From positions 354,717-418,716 of the forward strand of contig JBEKOJ010000001.1 of NCBI GenBank assembly GCA_049521895.1: a DNA stretch of 64,000 nt. The letters run 5' to 3'. The first letter of the stretch is position 1. Every line of letters begins with the position of its first letter. A program made the translations under genes and the position numbers. The notes beneath the pieces were generated by a model. The model made no database searches. It had not been told where the DNA came from and was given only the letters and a program-made list of their open reading frames with translations. Below, in pieces: positions 27,313 through 40,056 of the stretch. The DNA is from Candidatus Saccharimonadales bacterium (GTDB taxonomy: Bacteria > Patescibacteriota > Saccharimonadia > Saccharimonadales > UBA10212).

Positions 27313-29023
27313 TTTTGACCTGTTGCTGCACCACCGTTATTTTACTGGCTTTGGGCGCTTTGGAAACCCAGAACGGGCTCAGCTTGACAGTTACGTTTTT
27401 AACACCGGGCAAGTTATCTATAGCCGCGGCAATATCGCCGGTTTTTTGGCCGACAGCTTCTTTCTTGATGCTGGCGACATCCAGAATTGGTACCGCTGTG
27501 GTGTCTTCGGTAACGGCTAGAGTTGCGGTAGTTGGCGAGCTTTGGCTTTGAACGCTTACAGTCGCGCTATTTAGTACGTTACCGTTGCTAAGCTTTTGCT
27601 CACTGGAGTTAACTTGTTTATTGAGGGCGTCGGTAATGGCTTTTTGCAGGTCGCTCTTTTGCAAAGTGAGCACAGTATAAGTGATTTTAATGGTCACGCT
27701 GACTGTGCTGGCTTGCTGGCCCACGGCCGGAGTAGACGTAACCACCGGTGTACCGGCCTGAAGCGTAGAGGTTAGAACATAGAGGCCCTGACTAGCCAGT
27801 TGGTTTTCAAAACTCTTTGTGAAGCTGCTGGTGTCGCTGCTGGTAAGTTTGCTCTGAGCGCCATCTAAGTCTGCCTGACTGACAACGGTGATGATATTAT
27901 CTGTACCGCCGCTCATTTTTGATCCAGAGCCAGTGATAGTAGAGTACCCAGAAACCGAGTAGCCACCAGAGATGTCCTGATTGAATTTGCTGCCCCCGGT
28001 TTGGGAAACCACATCCACGTTATTGCTAGCCATGTCATCCTCGCAGCCACTTCCATTGAAATGGCTAGGAGGAACTACCGCGTTTTCTTGTGTGATATAG
28101 GTTAGTCCATTCAAAGTTATCCCCGTGCCGGCAGACACCGTATGGTTTGTGCCCGATAAAGTATCGTTTTGATTACAATTATAAAAAACCATGGTGCCAG
28201 AAGCTTTTTGGCCGTTGTTTTGCTGGCCGGTGACTGGCACGCTCTGGGTACTGGTTTCGGTGGAGCTTTTTTGGGCGGCGGGTATGTTGCCGCCAGTTTC
28301 GTCAAGGGTTTTAACGGCGCTTGACGCATTAAGCGTCAGGCTGGCGGAAACCGGCAAGCTGGTAGTCTGGACGGTGATGGTAGCTTTGGGCAGCACAAAC
28401 ACTGCCAAAATGATGAATACTATCAACAGAATAAAAGCCAACATACCCAAGCCCAGCATTATACGAAAACGGTCAAAATTGGGTACCTTTACCTTGTTAG
28501 ATTTGGGAGTCTTGGCAGATTTTTCCGGTTTTTCCGCTGGCTTATCTTCATCCCCCAGGGCAATGGCCTCCGGTTCTTCCTCTTCGTGATCGCCTGCCAA
28601 CTCGCCAATAGAACGGTGGTAATCTAGCTTGGCGTTATCTTCATCAATATCGCCTTCGTTAGTCGGTATACCTTCGGCTTTAGGCGCCGGCATTCCGGCA
28701 CGCGGTGAAGGCGGGATTTCGGGCTTGTCCTGTAGGCTGCTAGCCACATGTAAACCGGCGGCGCCAGCTAGCGGCAAGAGGGCTTCTTCTTTAGTTATCA
28801 AAACCACGTTTTTGTCAGCGTTGTCGGCGCTACGCCCAAGCAGGCGCATATTGACTATGCTTTGCAGCGTGGTTGAGCGTTTTGGCAGCACCAGGGCTAC
28901 AATCTTCTCTTTAGCAGTCTCTACCTTATCAATGATGGTTGTAATCTCATCATCCACATCCACATACACCGTCTCTTTGTCGAGCTTGGGGGGAATTTTG
29001 CCAGATGGTTTAGTCGCGCTCAT
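27302..29023 (-). CDS. large bitopic membrane protein, function unknown, co-transcribed after the ftsA-like gene
   Basis: 573 aa: cytoplasmic N-domain, acidic linker, one TM, S/T/Q-rich ectodomain. Confidence 0.55.
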   Translation of the reverse strand: MSATKPSGKIPPKLDKETVYVDVDDEITTIIDKVETAKEKIVALVLPKRSTTLQSIVNMRLLGRSADNADKNVVLITKEEALLPLAGAAGLHVASSLQDKPEIPPSPRAGMPAPKAEGIPTNEGDIDEDNAKLDYHRSIGELAGDHEEEEPEAIALGDEDKPAEKPEKSAKTPKSNKVKVPNFDRFRIMLGLGMLAFILLIVFIILAVFVLPKATITVQTTSLPVSASLTLNASSAVKTLDETGGNIPAAQKSSTETSTQSVPVTGQQNNGQKASGTMVFYNCNQNDTLSGTNHTVSAGTGITLNGLTYITQENAVVPPSHFNGSGCEDDMASNNVDVVSQTGGSKFNQDISGGYSVSGYSTITGSGSKMSGGTDNIITVVSQADLDGAQSKLTSSDTSSFTKSFENQLASQGLYVLTSTLQAGTPVVTSTPAVGQQASTVSVTIKITYTVLTLQKSDLQKAITDALNKQVNSSEQKLSNGNVLNSATVSVQSQSSPTTATLAVTEDTTAVPILDVASIKKEAVGQKTGDIAAAIDNLPGVKNVTVKLSPFWVSKAPKASKITVVQQQVKSGS

Positions 29024-29027
29024 AGGC

Positions 29028-30326
29028 TTATATTCTTAACATCTTATTGAGTTTATCCTTAACGGAGGCGTTATCGCCAGCCACGCCGCTATTTATAGTG
29101 TCCATACCGACTCTAAGTAAACCCATGGCCGTGATAAAGGTATGGTCGTTAACATCGCCGGTGGTATCGGTGATACCTACCACCTCATCTGGTTGTATGT
29201 GGTGCACAGTAGGCTTTTTGGTAAACGGCAGGCTTTTGTACCAGTCGCCGTCCTGAAGTTGATCCATCAACATGTGCAAGGAAGAACCGCCGCCGCACAA
29301 CAACAGGTGCTGCGGCAGATGGTCTAATTTATCAAATTCGGAAAGCGCCAGTTCTACGCCGCTAAGCCAGACGTTCAGAGTTTTTGACAAGGCTTTTTCT
29401 ATCTCGGCCTTTTTTGCACCTTCTTGGGCAGCGCTTAGGGCCAGCTTTAGCGATTCTGCTTTAGTGAAATCTATGTCCAACTCACGCTCAATAGCATGGG
29501 TAAAGGCCCGGCCGCCGATGCCAAACATCTTAGTACCTTCTACGCCGCCTTCGTTGACTACGGCTATATCTGTAGTGCCGCCGCCGACATCCATTAGTAC
29601 GGCGCTTATAGAAGTGCTGGCGTTATCGCCAACTACCGAACGGGCTACAGCGAACGGCTCAGCCGCCACCGCCAAAAGCTCCAAATCAAGTTCGGCGGCT
29701 GTGCGCTCCAGTGCGCCGATATGGATCATCGGCGCGAAGGCGGTGTACATCTCTACCACCACGTCGCGTCCCTGGAAACCTACCGGATTGGTAACTTTAT
29801 AGCCATCGATGTCAATACGTACCAACGCACTGTTTACCAAGCGCACTTCTACGTCTTTGCCGCCCAGCTCCCAAGCCAGTTGCTGCCGTGCTTTGGCCTC
29901 AGCGCGCTCTTGTACCAACTCTATGATGCGCGACATCTCATCAATGCTCAGTTCTTTTTCGGAATTTTTGCGGGTAAAACGTACCGTGCTGGTAGTGCCT
30001 TTTACGAGTTCGCCGGCGATACCCAGTATAGCCGTGCGGGCGCTCACGCCGGCCTGTTGCTCGGCCTTAGCCAGGGCTTTGTCGCAGTTGGCTACCACAG
30101 CTTCGATATCAGAAATTGCGCCGGCTTGCATATCAGACAGGTTCTGATGGGCTCGCCCGACCCCTATAATCTCCACGCTATCGCCGATAACCCGGCCAAC
30201 AAGAGCTTTTATAAATTCGGTGCCCACATCTAAGGCCACTATATATTTGCCCACCGGTTTACCCCGCCTGGCAACTTCTTTGACTTTGGGGAGTTTGCTC
30301 CTTAGAGCTTTAGCTTTATCAAGCAT
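29028..30326 (-). CDS. ftsA: actin-like ATPase, FtsA-like cell division protein
   Basis: ALDVGTEFIKA and DVGGGTTDIAV phosphate-binding motifs; start moved to the ATG (MLDKAKAL) because the upstream GTG extension lies in the C1 RNA helix. Confidence 0.7.
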   Translation of the reverse strand: MLDKAKALRSKLPKVKEVARRGKPVGKYIVALDVGTEFIKALVGRVIGDSVEIIGVGRAHQNLSDMQAGAISDIEAVVANCDKALAKAEQQAGVSARTAILGIAGELVKGTTSTVRFTRKNSEKELSIDEMSRIIELVQERAEAKARQQLAWELGGKDVEVRLVNSALVRIDIDGYKVTNPVGFQGRDVVVEMYTAFAPMIHIGALERTAAELDLELLAVAAEPFAVARSVVGDNASTSISAVLMDVGGGTTDIAVVNEGGVEGTKMFGIGGRAFTHAIERELDIDFTKAESLKLALSAAQEGAKKAEIEKALSKTLNVWLSGVELALSEFDKLDHLPQHLLLCGGGSSLHMLMDQLQDGDWYKSLPFTKKPTVHHIQPDEVVGITDTTGDVNDHTFITAMGLLRVGMDTINSGVAGDNASVKDKLNKMLRI

Positions 30327-30348
30327 ATTATCAGATTGATTATAGCAC

Positions 30349-30514
30349 GCTAACACCTGCACCGTCCGCCCTGCTGCCCGGCAAAGCCGGGCATTCCGGC
30401 GGACTTTTGGCGCATTACGGCGTCAGAGTCTCCGCTACTCCTTCACGGTATTGTACATACAGCTCAGTTTGTTGCTCGACTCTTCCTTGTACTGCATCCA
30501 GGTGCAGGGTTAGC
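30349..30514 (-). ncRNA. candidate structured RNA, family copy C1
   Basis: Closing helix GCUAAC-CCUGCACC / GGUGCAGG-U-GUUAGC; P2 AGAGUC/GACUCU; terminal hairpin UGCCCGGC-UUU-GCCGGGCA; homologous to 45163-45327 and 56087-56257. Confidence 0.55.
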
Positions 30515-30517
30515 AAT

Positions 30518-32443
30518 TTATTGTAGGACGGCTTTGATACGGCGCACGCCCGCCGAGGACGCTTCTTCTTTCATAATGTGGAACTTCTTGCCGCCTTCGC
30601 CGATTTGGCCGGTGTGCTCTACATGCGGGCCGCCGCAAATTTCGCGGCTGAAAGGTTTAACCGAATCACCAATAGTATAAACTTTAACTTTGTCGCCATA
30701 TTTATCACCAAAAGCACCGCTCGCAGTTTTTAGAGCATTTTTGGTTGATTCTTCTTTCCAAGTCACCGGCAAATCTTCGGCAATTTTTTCATTGACGATT
30801 TTTTCTACCTCCGCTAACTGCTCTGGTGTGACTTTTTCTGGGTGACTAAAGTCAAAACGCGTGCGCTCGGAAGTAATATTGCTGCCGCGCTGCACCACAT
30901 GACCGCCCAAAACATTTTTGAGCGCCTGGTACATCAAATGCGTCACGGTGTGATACTTAACAACTTGCTCGGAATGGTCCGCCAGCCCACCCTTGAACAT
31001 GCCAGTTGTTGCTGTACGCGAACGCTTACGCTGGTTCTCCATTAGTTCTTCAAAGTCTTTCTCTAAATTTTCATCTATTTTCATTTTTAGACGTTTTGCT
31101 TCTTCCTCGGAAAGTTCAATCGGAAAACCATAGGTATCAAAGAGAGTGAAAGCCATTTTACCATCAAGTGTTGCCCCTGGCATACTAATTAATTCTCCGT
31201 ATAAACGGTGAATGGGGGTTGGTTTCAAAATATATTTTTCAAACTCGTGAAGGCCTTTACGGAGGGTTTGGCGGAAGAGTTTTTCTTCGCGGGCAAAGGC
31301 TTCCAGTACCTCTTTTTTGCGTTTGGCCACTTCTGGAAAATCTTCTTTGTATAAATCTACAATGACGGGTGCGATTTTTTCGCATAAATCCTGCTCTATG
31401 CCCAAATCAAAGGCGTAGCGGATGGCCCGGCGCAGCAAGCGGCGTAAAACGTAACCACGGTCTTTATTGCTAGCTACCACGCCATTTGCGCCCAAAAAGG
31501 TCGCGGCACGCAAGTGGTCGGCTATTACGCGCATACTATGTGAGTGCTCTTCGTATTTTTTACTGCTTAACTTTTCTAACCTGTCAATAATTGGTTTGAG
31601 CAGGTTCGTTTGATACGCATCACCAGTACCCAAAGCGGCTGCGGAAATGCGCTCTAAGCCGCCGCCAAAATCCACATTAGGTTCGGGTAAGTGCTCAAAC
31701 TGCTCACCTACTTTTTTATAAGTCATAAACACACTGTTGCCAATTTCTAGAAACCGGCCGCACTCGCAGTTGGGATGGCAGTGCTCACCAAATTCGTCTT
31801 TGTGGGGTGATTCAGTATCGAAAAAAACTTCACTGTCGGGACCACCGGGCTCGCCTTCGCGCATATCTGCCGGTCCACCTTCGCGGCTCCACCAATTACA
31901 AGATGCATCGTAATAAAAAATCCGCTCGCCCGGCTTCATGCCACGCACGTAGCCATTCTCAGTATTCCCAATATCCCCAGTTTTGGCTTCTACATTTTTA
32001 GCGTTAAAAAGCTTTTGCCATATTTCCGTGGCTTCAGTGTCCTTATGAATGCCGTTATTTTCATCGCCGATAAAACACGTCACATAGAGTCTGGTCGGAT
32101 CCAGACCGATAACATCTGTCAGAAACTCAAAAAACCAGGGAAGCTGTTCTTTCTTGAAATAATCACCCAAGCTCCAGTTACCTAGCATTTCAAAAAAAGT
32201 AAAATGTCGACCATCGCCAATGTCTTTGATATCTGGAGTTCTAACGCATGGCTGTGAGTTAACTAGACGATTACCGTTCGGGTGTTTTTCGCCCAGCAAA
32301 TACGGTACTAGTGGCTGCATGCCGCTGCCGGTAAACAGAGTCGTCGGGTCGTCTTGGGGCACTAAGCTAGCCCGCGGAATAACTTTGTGTCCGCGTGCCT
32401 TAAAGAACTCCAAATATTTTTTGCGTATTTCCTGCGCCGTCAT
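30518..32443 (-). CDS. alaS: alanine--tRNA ligase (short form, 641 aa)
   Basis: Class II AlaRS core, editing HxxxH (HTVTHL), CGGPHV; lacks a long C-terminal domain. Confidence 0.85.
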   Translation of the reverse strand: MTAQEIRKKYLEFFKARGHKVIPRASLVPQDDPTTLFTGSGMQPLVPYLLGEKHPNGNRLVNSQPCVRTPDIKDIGDGRHFTFFEMLGNWSLGDYFKKEQLPWFFEFLTDVIGLDPTRLYVTCFIGDENNGIHKDTEATEIWQKLFNAKNVEAKTGDIGNTENGYVRGMKPGERIFYYDASCNWWSREGGPADMREGEPGGPDSEVFFDTESPHKDEFGEHCHPNCECGRFLEIGNSVFMTYKKVGEQFEHLPEPNVDFGGGLERISAAALGTGDAYQTNLLKPIIDRLEKLSSKKYEEHSHSMRVIADHLRAATFLGANGVVASNKDRGYVLRRLLRRAIRYAFDLGIEQDLCEKIAPVIVDLYKEDFPEVAKRKKEVLEAFAREEKLFRQTLRKGLHEFEKYILKPTPIHRLYGELISMPGATLDGKMAFTLFDTYGFPIELSEEEAKRLKMKIDENLEKDFEELMENQRKRSRTATTGMFKGGLADHSEQVVKYHTVTHLMYQALKNVLGGHVVQRGSNITSERTRFDFSHPEKVTPEQLAEVEKIVNEKIAEDLPVTWKEESTKNALKTASGAFGDKYGDKVKVYTIGDSVKPFSREICGGPHVEHTGQIGEGGKKFHIMKEEASSAGVRRIKAVLQ

Positions 32444-32470
32444 TACTGTTATTGTAACAGATTATAGGTG

Positions 32471-33007
32471 TTAAATCTTTAAGTGCAGTTCCTCAGCATT
32501 AGGACGCGGACCAGTTTTTTCGCCCGTTACCAGATAGTGTATCCATCTAACTATGCCACCATGCGTAACGATTAGTGCCATTTTATAGGGTTGGTCTTTC
32601 AAGTCTTCTAGAAAGGATTGGACGCGTGTTTCAACTTGGGTAGATGATTCGCCACCATAGGGTATCAGGTCATATTCATATTGATTGAACAGATCACGCA
32701 TCTCGGAGCCCAGTTCCTTTTTAACCTCAGTATTTGGTTTACCTTCAAATCGACCAAGGCTTACTTCTATTAGTCGGTGGTCAATGTTGATGGTTTTTCC
32801 TAGTTTTTCAGCTATTGGCATCGCCGTAAATGTGGCACGTTTAAGCGGTGAGCTGTAAATTATTTCAATCGGTTTAGGCGCAAGTCTTTCTGCAAGTTCT
32901 TGGGCTTGAATTTCTCCTTCACTAGCAAGGGGTTCATCAAGCTGGCCGTTCGTAATGCCATTGATATTTGCCTCTGTTACGCCGTGTCTAACTACAATGA
33001 GCTCCAT
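32471..33007 (-). CDS. histidine phosphatase family protein (phosphoglycerate mutase-like)
   Basis: LIVVRHG catalytic motif and a C-terminal THGG motif; start moved to MELIVV. Confidence 0.75.
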   Translation of the reverse strand: MELIVVRHGVTEANINGITNGQLDEPLASEGEIQAQELAERLAPKPIEIIYSSPLKRATFTAMPIAEKLGKTINIDHRLIEVSLGRFEGKPNTEVKKELGSEMRDLFNQYEYDLIPYGGESSTQVETRVQSFLEDLKDQPYKMALIVTHGGIVRWIHYLVTGEKTGPRPNAEELHLKI

Positions 33008-33117
33008 CTCGCTATTTATACCACAATGCCGCCGCCCCGGCACCAAAAACTTGAAGTTCCACAATCTGATTGCAGACTGCTCCACTCAGGTTTTGATGCG
33101 GGGCAAGCCGAGACATT

Positions 33118-34191
33118 CTAAATTACTATTCCTCCGCCCAAACACTCTTGGTCGGAGTAGAAGACGGCGGATTGACCGGGAGTTAGCGCCCGAACTTCTT
33201 CTTCTAGCTCTGTAATCCACTCCTGCTTTCCAAGGACCAGCCTTGGAAACAACCTTTTGACAGGAACTAACTTGGCGCGGTGGCGCGTACGGACAGACAG
33301 TTTATAGTTTTTAGGTTTTAGTTTATAGGCAGCTTCAAAATCTGTGTTTATCCAATACATATCGGTTAGTTTGACTTCCCTGCTCCATAATTTCTCGTCC
33401 TGCAGATCAGTTGTTACATAGACTTCGTTCTCTTTCATATCCTTGCCGGTGACGTAATAGGGCAGGCCACCGCCGACCTCCAACCCGCGGCGCTGACCGA
33501 TGGTATAGAAAATTGCGCCATCATGTGTCCCTACTTCCCTGCCCATTTGGTCGATTATCTTGCCGGGTTTGGTTTTGACAAACTGCTGCAAAAACTCTTT
33601 GATACCGACCTTGCCCACAAAACAAATGCCCATGCTGTCTTTTTTATCGGCTGTAACCAGATTGAATTTCTTGGCTAGTTCCCTAACCTGTGGTTTGGTA
33701 AAATCGCCCAGCGGAAAAATCGTCTTGGCTAGGGCTTCTTTGGTCACGCGGTACAAAAAATAAGTTTGATCTTTGTTGGCGTCTTTGGCCGTGAGTAGTC
33801 GCCCATCTTTTGTCCGTGCATAGTGTCCGGTAGCGATAAATTCGGCGTCATTCTCAAGAGCTGTTTCTAGAAAAAGTTTGAATTTAATTTCCTGGTTGCA
33901 CATGATGTCCGGATTAGGTGTAAAACCTGCTCTAAAACCATCCAGCATATATTCCACTACCTTTTCCCTGTATTGTTCTTCGAAGTCATAAACTTTGAGA
34001 TCTACACCAAGTTGTACGGCGACTCTTTTGGCGTCCTGGAAATCATCCATCCAAGGGCATGGCATACCGGGCAAGTCTTGAGTCCAGTTTTTCATATAAA
34101 CGCCCACGACCTGGTAGCCCTGCTGTTTTAGCAGGGCGGCTGCCACCGAACTATCCACACCTCCACTGAGGCCCACAAAAACGGTCTTCAT
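33118..34191 (-). CDS. mnmA: tRNA 2-thiouridine(34) synthase
   Basis: PP-loop SGGVDSSVAA; catalytic Cys regions. Confidence 0.9.
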   Translation of the reverse strand: MKTVFVGLSGGVDSSVAAALLKQQGYQVVGVYMKNWTQDLPGMPCPWMDDFQDAKRVAVQLGVDLKVYDFEEQYREKVVEYMLDGFRAGFTPNPDIMCNQEIKFKLFLETALENDAEFIATGHYARTKDGRLLTAKDANKDQTYFLYRVTKEALAKTIFPLGDFTKPQVRELAKKFNLVTADKKDSMGICFVGKVGIKEFLQQFVKTKPGKIIDQMGREVGTHDGAIFYTIGQRRGLEVGGGLPYYVTGKDMKENEVYVTTDLQDEKLWSREVKLTDMYWINTDFEAAYKLKPKNYKLSVRTRHRAKLVPVKRLFPRLVLGKQEWITELEEEVRALTPGQSAVFYSDQECLGGGIVI

Positions 34192-34245
34192 CGGTATCAG
34201 TTTAACAGATTAAGCAACTAGAATGGACGCTCACCTCTAGAATGT

Positions 34246-36673
<2,428 letters not shown>

Positions 36674-36677
36674 ATTT

Positions 36678-38123
36678 TTAGACTGCCCCCGGGCTGTTAA
36701 CGCGTTCTCTCAGCTCGACCCGTACGCGTTCGTAATCCGCTTCGGTTTTGACTTGTGCAGCAGCCTCGTTGGCACTGCGCTTTAAGGCGGTAATATTGAC
36801 ATTGGGTGACTGCGGATCCATCAGGATATCAAGCATCAGTTGTTGGGCCATTAAATTATAAGTTTCGCCTGGCACCTGGGTTAAAAGTTCGTAAAAACGG
36901 CGTCCACGGCTCATATCTTTCTGGATAGTCCCTTCCGCTTCGGAACCGAAGTGAGCGAACTCTTGCGCCCGGGCATAATCTGCCAGCAGTTTTAAGGCTT
37001 GAGTAGTTTGGCTTTTTTGACGTTCATTGTGGCCGCGACTACCCACACGGGTAACGCTCAAACCGACGCTCAGTGCTGGCCGTAAACCTTCGTGGAAAAC
37101 ATCCATGTCCAGAATCCACTGGCCATCGGTAATCGACATGATATTGGTGGGCAAGTAGGCAGTTATATCGCCGGCGTCGGCTAGTACTAACGGTATAGCC
37201 GTCAGACACTTATGATTTTTGCTTAACTTACCCGCCCGTTCTAGCAAACTAGAGTGAGTATGAAAAATATCGCCAGGGTAAGAATCACGCCCTGGACTGA
37301 CGCCGGAAAGCAGTGCAATTTCACGATAAGCTTGGGCGTGAGTAGTTAAATCGTCATAAATTACAATGCTGTCTTGGTTGGCTACCTGCCAGAGATATTC
37401 GCCCAGCGCGCAACCAACGTAGGGCGCTAAGTAACTAATGACCAACGACTCAAGGATGGTTGAGACTACCACGATAGTTTTTTCCATAGCTTGGTTATCA
37501 GCTAGCCGGCTAAGTAGGTTATCTATATCGCTGCGCCTTTTAGCCACCAGGACGTAAATTACTACTTGGTCGGTGGTGCGCTGGTTAATAGCAATTTGGG
37601 TCGCCAGCGTAGATTTACCCGACTTGCTATCTCCCAGAAGGGCCATGCGTTGGCCACGGACAATCGGGAAAAGTGTATCGATCAGTGTTACGCCAGTCTC
37701 CAACTGGGTATCCAAATGTTCACGGGCATAAATTGGCGGAGAGGTGTTGAATACCGGCCAATTGGCGTCAGCGGCAACCGCGCCTTTACCGTCTAGCGGT
37801 TCGCCAGTTACGGAGATTACCCGGCCGATAAAATCTTTGCCTACCTTAGCTGAAAGTTCTGGTTGCTGGACTACGGCTACCATACCGACTCTGAGCAGCG
37901 AAGTACCCATATGTAGTACCAGCACCTTATCTTCAAAAATTCGTTGCACAAAACCGCGGCTACCGTCTTCAAAAACCACCAACGCATGAATATTCACTGG
38001 CTGCAGGCCGCGGACTTCCACCAAAAAACTGTTAATAGCGATAATTTCGCCCACCGGGTTACCGGCAGCGACAAAACGTTGAAAGTGCGAGCCGCCCTTA
38101 ATGTCCATGGGCAGCTCCCGCAA
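36678..38123 (-). CDS. atpA: F-type ATPase alpha subunit (divergent P-loop)
   Basis: P-loop GDSKSGKST, alpha-type architecture, operon position. Confidence 0.85.
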   Translation of the reverse strand: MRELPMDIKGGSHFQRFVAAGNPVGEIIAINSFLVEVRGLQPVNIHALVVFEDGSRGFVQRIFEDKVLVLHMGTSLLRVGMVAVVQQPELSAKVGKDFIGRVISVTGEPLDGKGAVAADANWPVFNTSPPIYAREHLDTQLETGVTLIDTLFPIVRGQRMALLGDSKSGKSTLATQIAINQRTTDQVVIYVLVAKRRSDIDNLLSRLADNQAMEKTIVVVSTILESLVISYLAPYVGCALGEYLWQVANQDSIVIYDDLTTHAQAYREIALLSGVSPGRDSYPGDIFHTHSSLLERAGKLSKNHKCLTAIPLVLADAGDITAYLPTNIMSITDGQWILDMDVFHEGLRPALSVGLSVTRVGSRGHNERQKSQTTQALKLLADYARAQEFAHFGSEAEGTIQKDMSRGRRFYELLTQVPGETYNLMAQQLMLDILMDPQSPNVNITALKRSANEAAAQVKTEADYERVRVELRERVNSPGAV

Positions 38124-38583
38124 TTAGTGTCACCAGATATGGTTCCTGCTGCTTCAGACGAGTACGCAGGCTGAGGTCAAAAATCTTATTAGGTGTCCGG
38201 AGTACGCAGCCGGCGGCAATAGTCGGTTGCAAGCCTACTTGCACCAAGGTTTGCGGATGGATATTAATTCTAAGCCAGACTAATATGCGTTCCATAACCT
38301 GTGGCGAGGGCTCGCTGGCAAAACTGATGTGCAATAGCGGGGCGCTCTTAAGTACCTGGTCAAGTTTGTTATTTAGCTCCCCGCGCTGATTCTTATCCAG
38401 CAAGTTGAATTTGTTGCTTCTGGCCAAGCTATCAAGAGTGCGCGACAACCGCGGTGGTGTCATCGGCGTACCGCTTTGACGCGTAGCAACAGAAGTAAAA
38501 AAATCTTCCAAGTTGTTAAGCTCGCGGATCAAGCGCGCCACATCAATCTGGCTCATAACAGTGTTTGGGATCTTAAGTTCCAC
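38098..38583 (-). CDS. atpH: F-type ATPase delta (OSCP)-like subunit
   Basis: 161 aa; assigned from operon position and helical composition only. Confidence 0.5.
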   Translation of the reverse strand: MELKIPNTVMSQIDVARLIRELNNLEDFFTSVATRQSGTPMTPPRLSRTLDSLARSNKFNLLDKNQRGELNNKLDQVLKSAPLLHISFASEPSPQVMERILVWLRINIHPQTLVQVGLQPTIAAGCVLRTPNKIFDLSLRTRLKQQEPYLVTLIAGAAHGH

Positions 38584-39202
38584 GCTTGATATCCTCTAAA
38601 ATAGCCGGTTTATTAGCTTCCAGCTCCGCTAAGATATATTCCAACTGATCCGATAAATCTATCTGGTTGCCGATGGCCCTAAGCACATAGTGGTTGACGA
38701 TGCTGGCCATTTCAGTTTCAAAGGCGGCAACTATCCGGGCTTTTTGGGCTTCCGACTGCGTCTGTAGCTGAGTTTCCAGAAATTGGCGCTGTTGCTCGAT
38801 AGTGGTGATAGTTTTGTCGATTGAATCCAGTGCCAGTTTTTTAGCATCGGCAATCGATTGCTCGTATTTTTTAAACTCTTCCTGCAGTGTGCGCGTTATC
38901 TCAGAGCGCATATAGTCATTAAGCTGACTAGTGGTTTGGCGCAAATCCTGCTGCAAAAACATCGCATTTTCGCCAATAATCTTCTCGAAGTGCAGCCGCC
39001 CGCGGTTTCTTAACTCTTCGCGAAATTCATCATTAAAGATATGCTCTACATCTTTGCTAGCAGCGTTTTCAAGCCCAGTGGCAGGCAGTTTGCTCTGCCT
39101 GTCTGGACTACCCGAACTGCCAATTTTGCGAGCCAGCCAAATGAAAGCTGCCGTTGCTGCCAGCAGCAAGCCAATGATTAAAATTAGCCCACCCGTATCC
39201 AC
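38573..39202 (-). CDS. atpF: F-type ATPase b-like stalk subunit
   Basis: Single N-terminal TM followed by a long charged coiled helix; operon position. Confidence 0.5.
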   Translation of the reverse strand: MDTGGLILIIGLLLAATAAFIWLARKIGSSGSPDRQSKLPATGLENAASKDVEHIFNDEFREELRNRGRLHFEKIIGENAMFLQQDLRQTTSQLNDYMRSEITRTLQEEFKKYEQSIADAKKLALDSIDKTITTIEQQRQFLETQLQTQSEAQKARIVAAFETEMASIVNHYVLRAIGNQIDLSDQLEYILAELEANKPAILEDIKRGT

Positions 39203-39221
39203 AAAAATTAACCTGCTGTTT

Positions 39222-40028
39222 TCATAGCTTCAGTAATAAATATACTCCTATGACGCCTAAGCTTAAAACTGCTACTGCTACTATAACCACCTGCACCAAA
39301 CCGTTGAGTATGAAATGGCGGCTGAGAGGATTACGGCCAATGGCTATCATCGCGCTACGAATACCGACTATCAGGGCACCACAAGCGATCACTGCCGCTA
39401 CCAAAAATACGGCTAAAGCAGCATAGATACGCAGCGGGCTGACTTCTTTGCCAGCAATGGCGTCACCGGCACCTTTTAGAAACGAAGGTATGGCTACGGT
39501 ATTTTGCAAAAATGGATTGCGCTGAATAGATACGGTTACCTGTATCATACCAACCGCGGAACCGTTGCTACCGGAGTTCAGTACATTGCTGGTACCGTTA
39601 AATTTCTGTAGCGCTTGCCCCAAAACAAGCACTTGGCTATTACTGGCCTTGGCAGCAGTACCGTTAGTGCCTGATATGGATAGATAATCGCCAACGCTAA
39701 TAGGACCATTCTGGGTCGATACCAGTACTGGGTAGGTGCCGCTAGTAGCTACGAAGACCTGTTGGCCAGTTTGCCGCTGCAGTGTTAGAGGTGCCTGGCT
39801 AGGGTCGATTGATACGCCGTAAAGTTGCTGGGGCTGATTGGCCGGTGCTAGCTCTACCATATTGGTCGAACCGGGTTTGATAGCCACCACCCAGCCGGTT
39901 TTTATGGGACTCTGGGATGCAAAACTTTGCACGATAGTGTCAGCGCTGACACTGGCTGCTACCAGACTAAGGCCGGCAACTACTAGAGCGGCCAGAGGAA
40001 AGGTTATGCGGTGAAGCCATTTTTTCAT
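39222..40028 (-). CDS. secreted domain fused to a C-terminal two-helix hairpin resembling ATPase subunit c
   Basis: Signal peptide, ~190-aa ectodomain, then helix-IGRNP-helix (compare the c-subunit ARQP/RNP loop); no Asp/Glu in helix 2. Confidence 0.45.
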   Translation of the reverse strand: MKKWLHRITFPLAALVVAGLSLVAASVSADTIVQSFASQSPIKTGWVVAIKPGSTNMVELAPANQPQQLYGVSIDPSQAPLTLQRQTGQQVFVATSGTYPVLVSTQNGPISVGDYLSISGTNGTAAKASNSQVLVLGQALQKFNGTSNVLNSGSNGSAVGMIQVTVSIQRNPFLQNTVAIPSFLKGAGDAIAGKEVSPLRIYAALAVFLVAAVIACGALIVGIRSAMIAIGRNPLSRHFILNGLVQVVIVAVAVLSLGVIGVYLLLKL

Positions 40029-40056
40029 TACTAATGATTATAACGGTTTTGCTTGC

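Noticed and set aside
30349-30514. C1/C2/C3 elements as integron attC sites (GCTAAC...GTTAGC ends, bulged T)
   Set aside because: Only C1 has core-site-like ends. The interiors are multi-hairpin rather than a single imperfect hairpin. G-U pairs favour one RNA strand. There is no intI and no array of promoterless cassettes.
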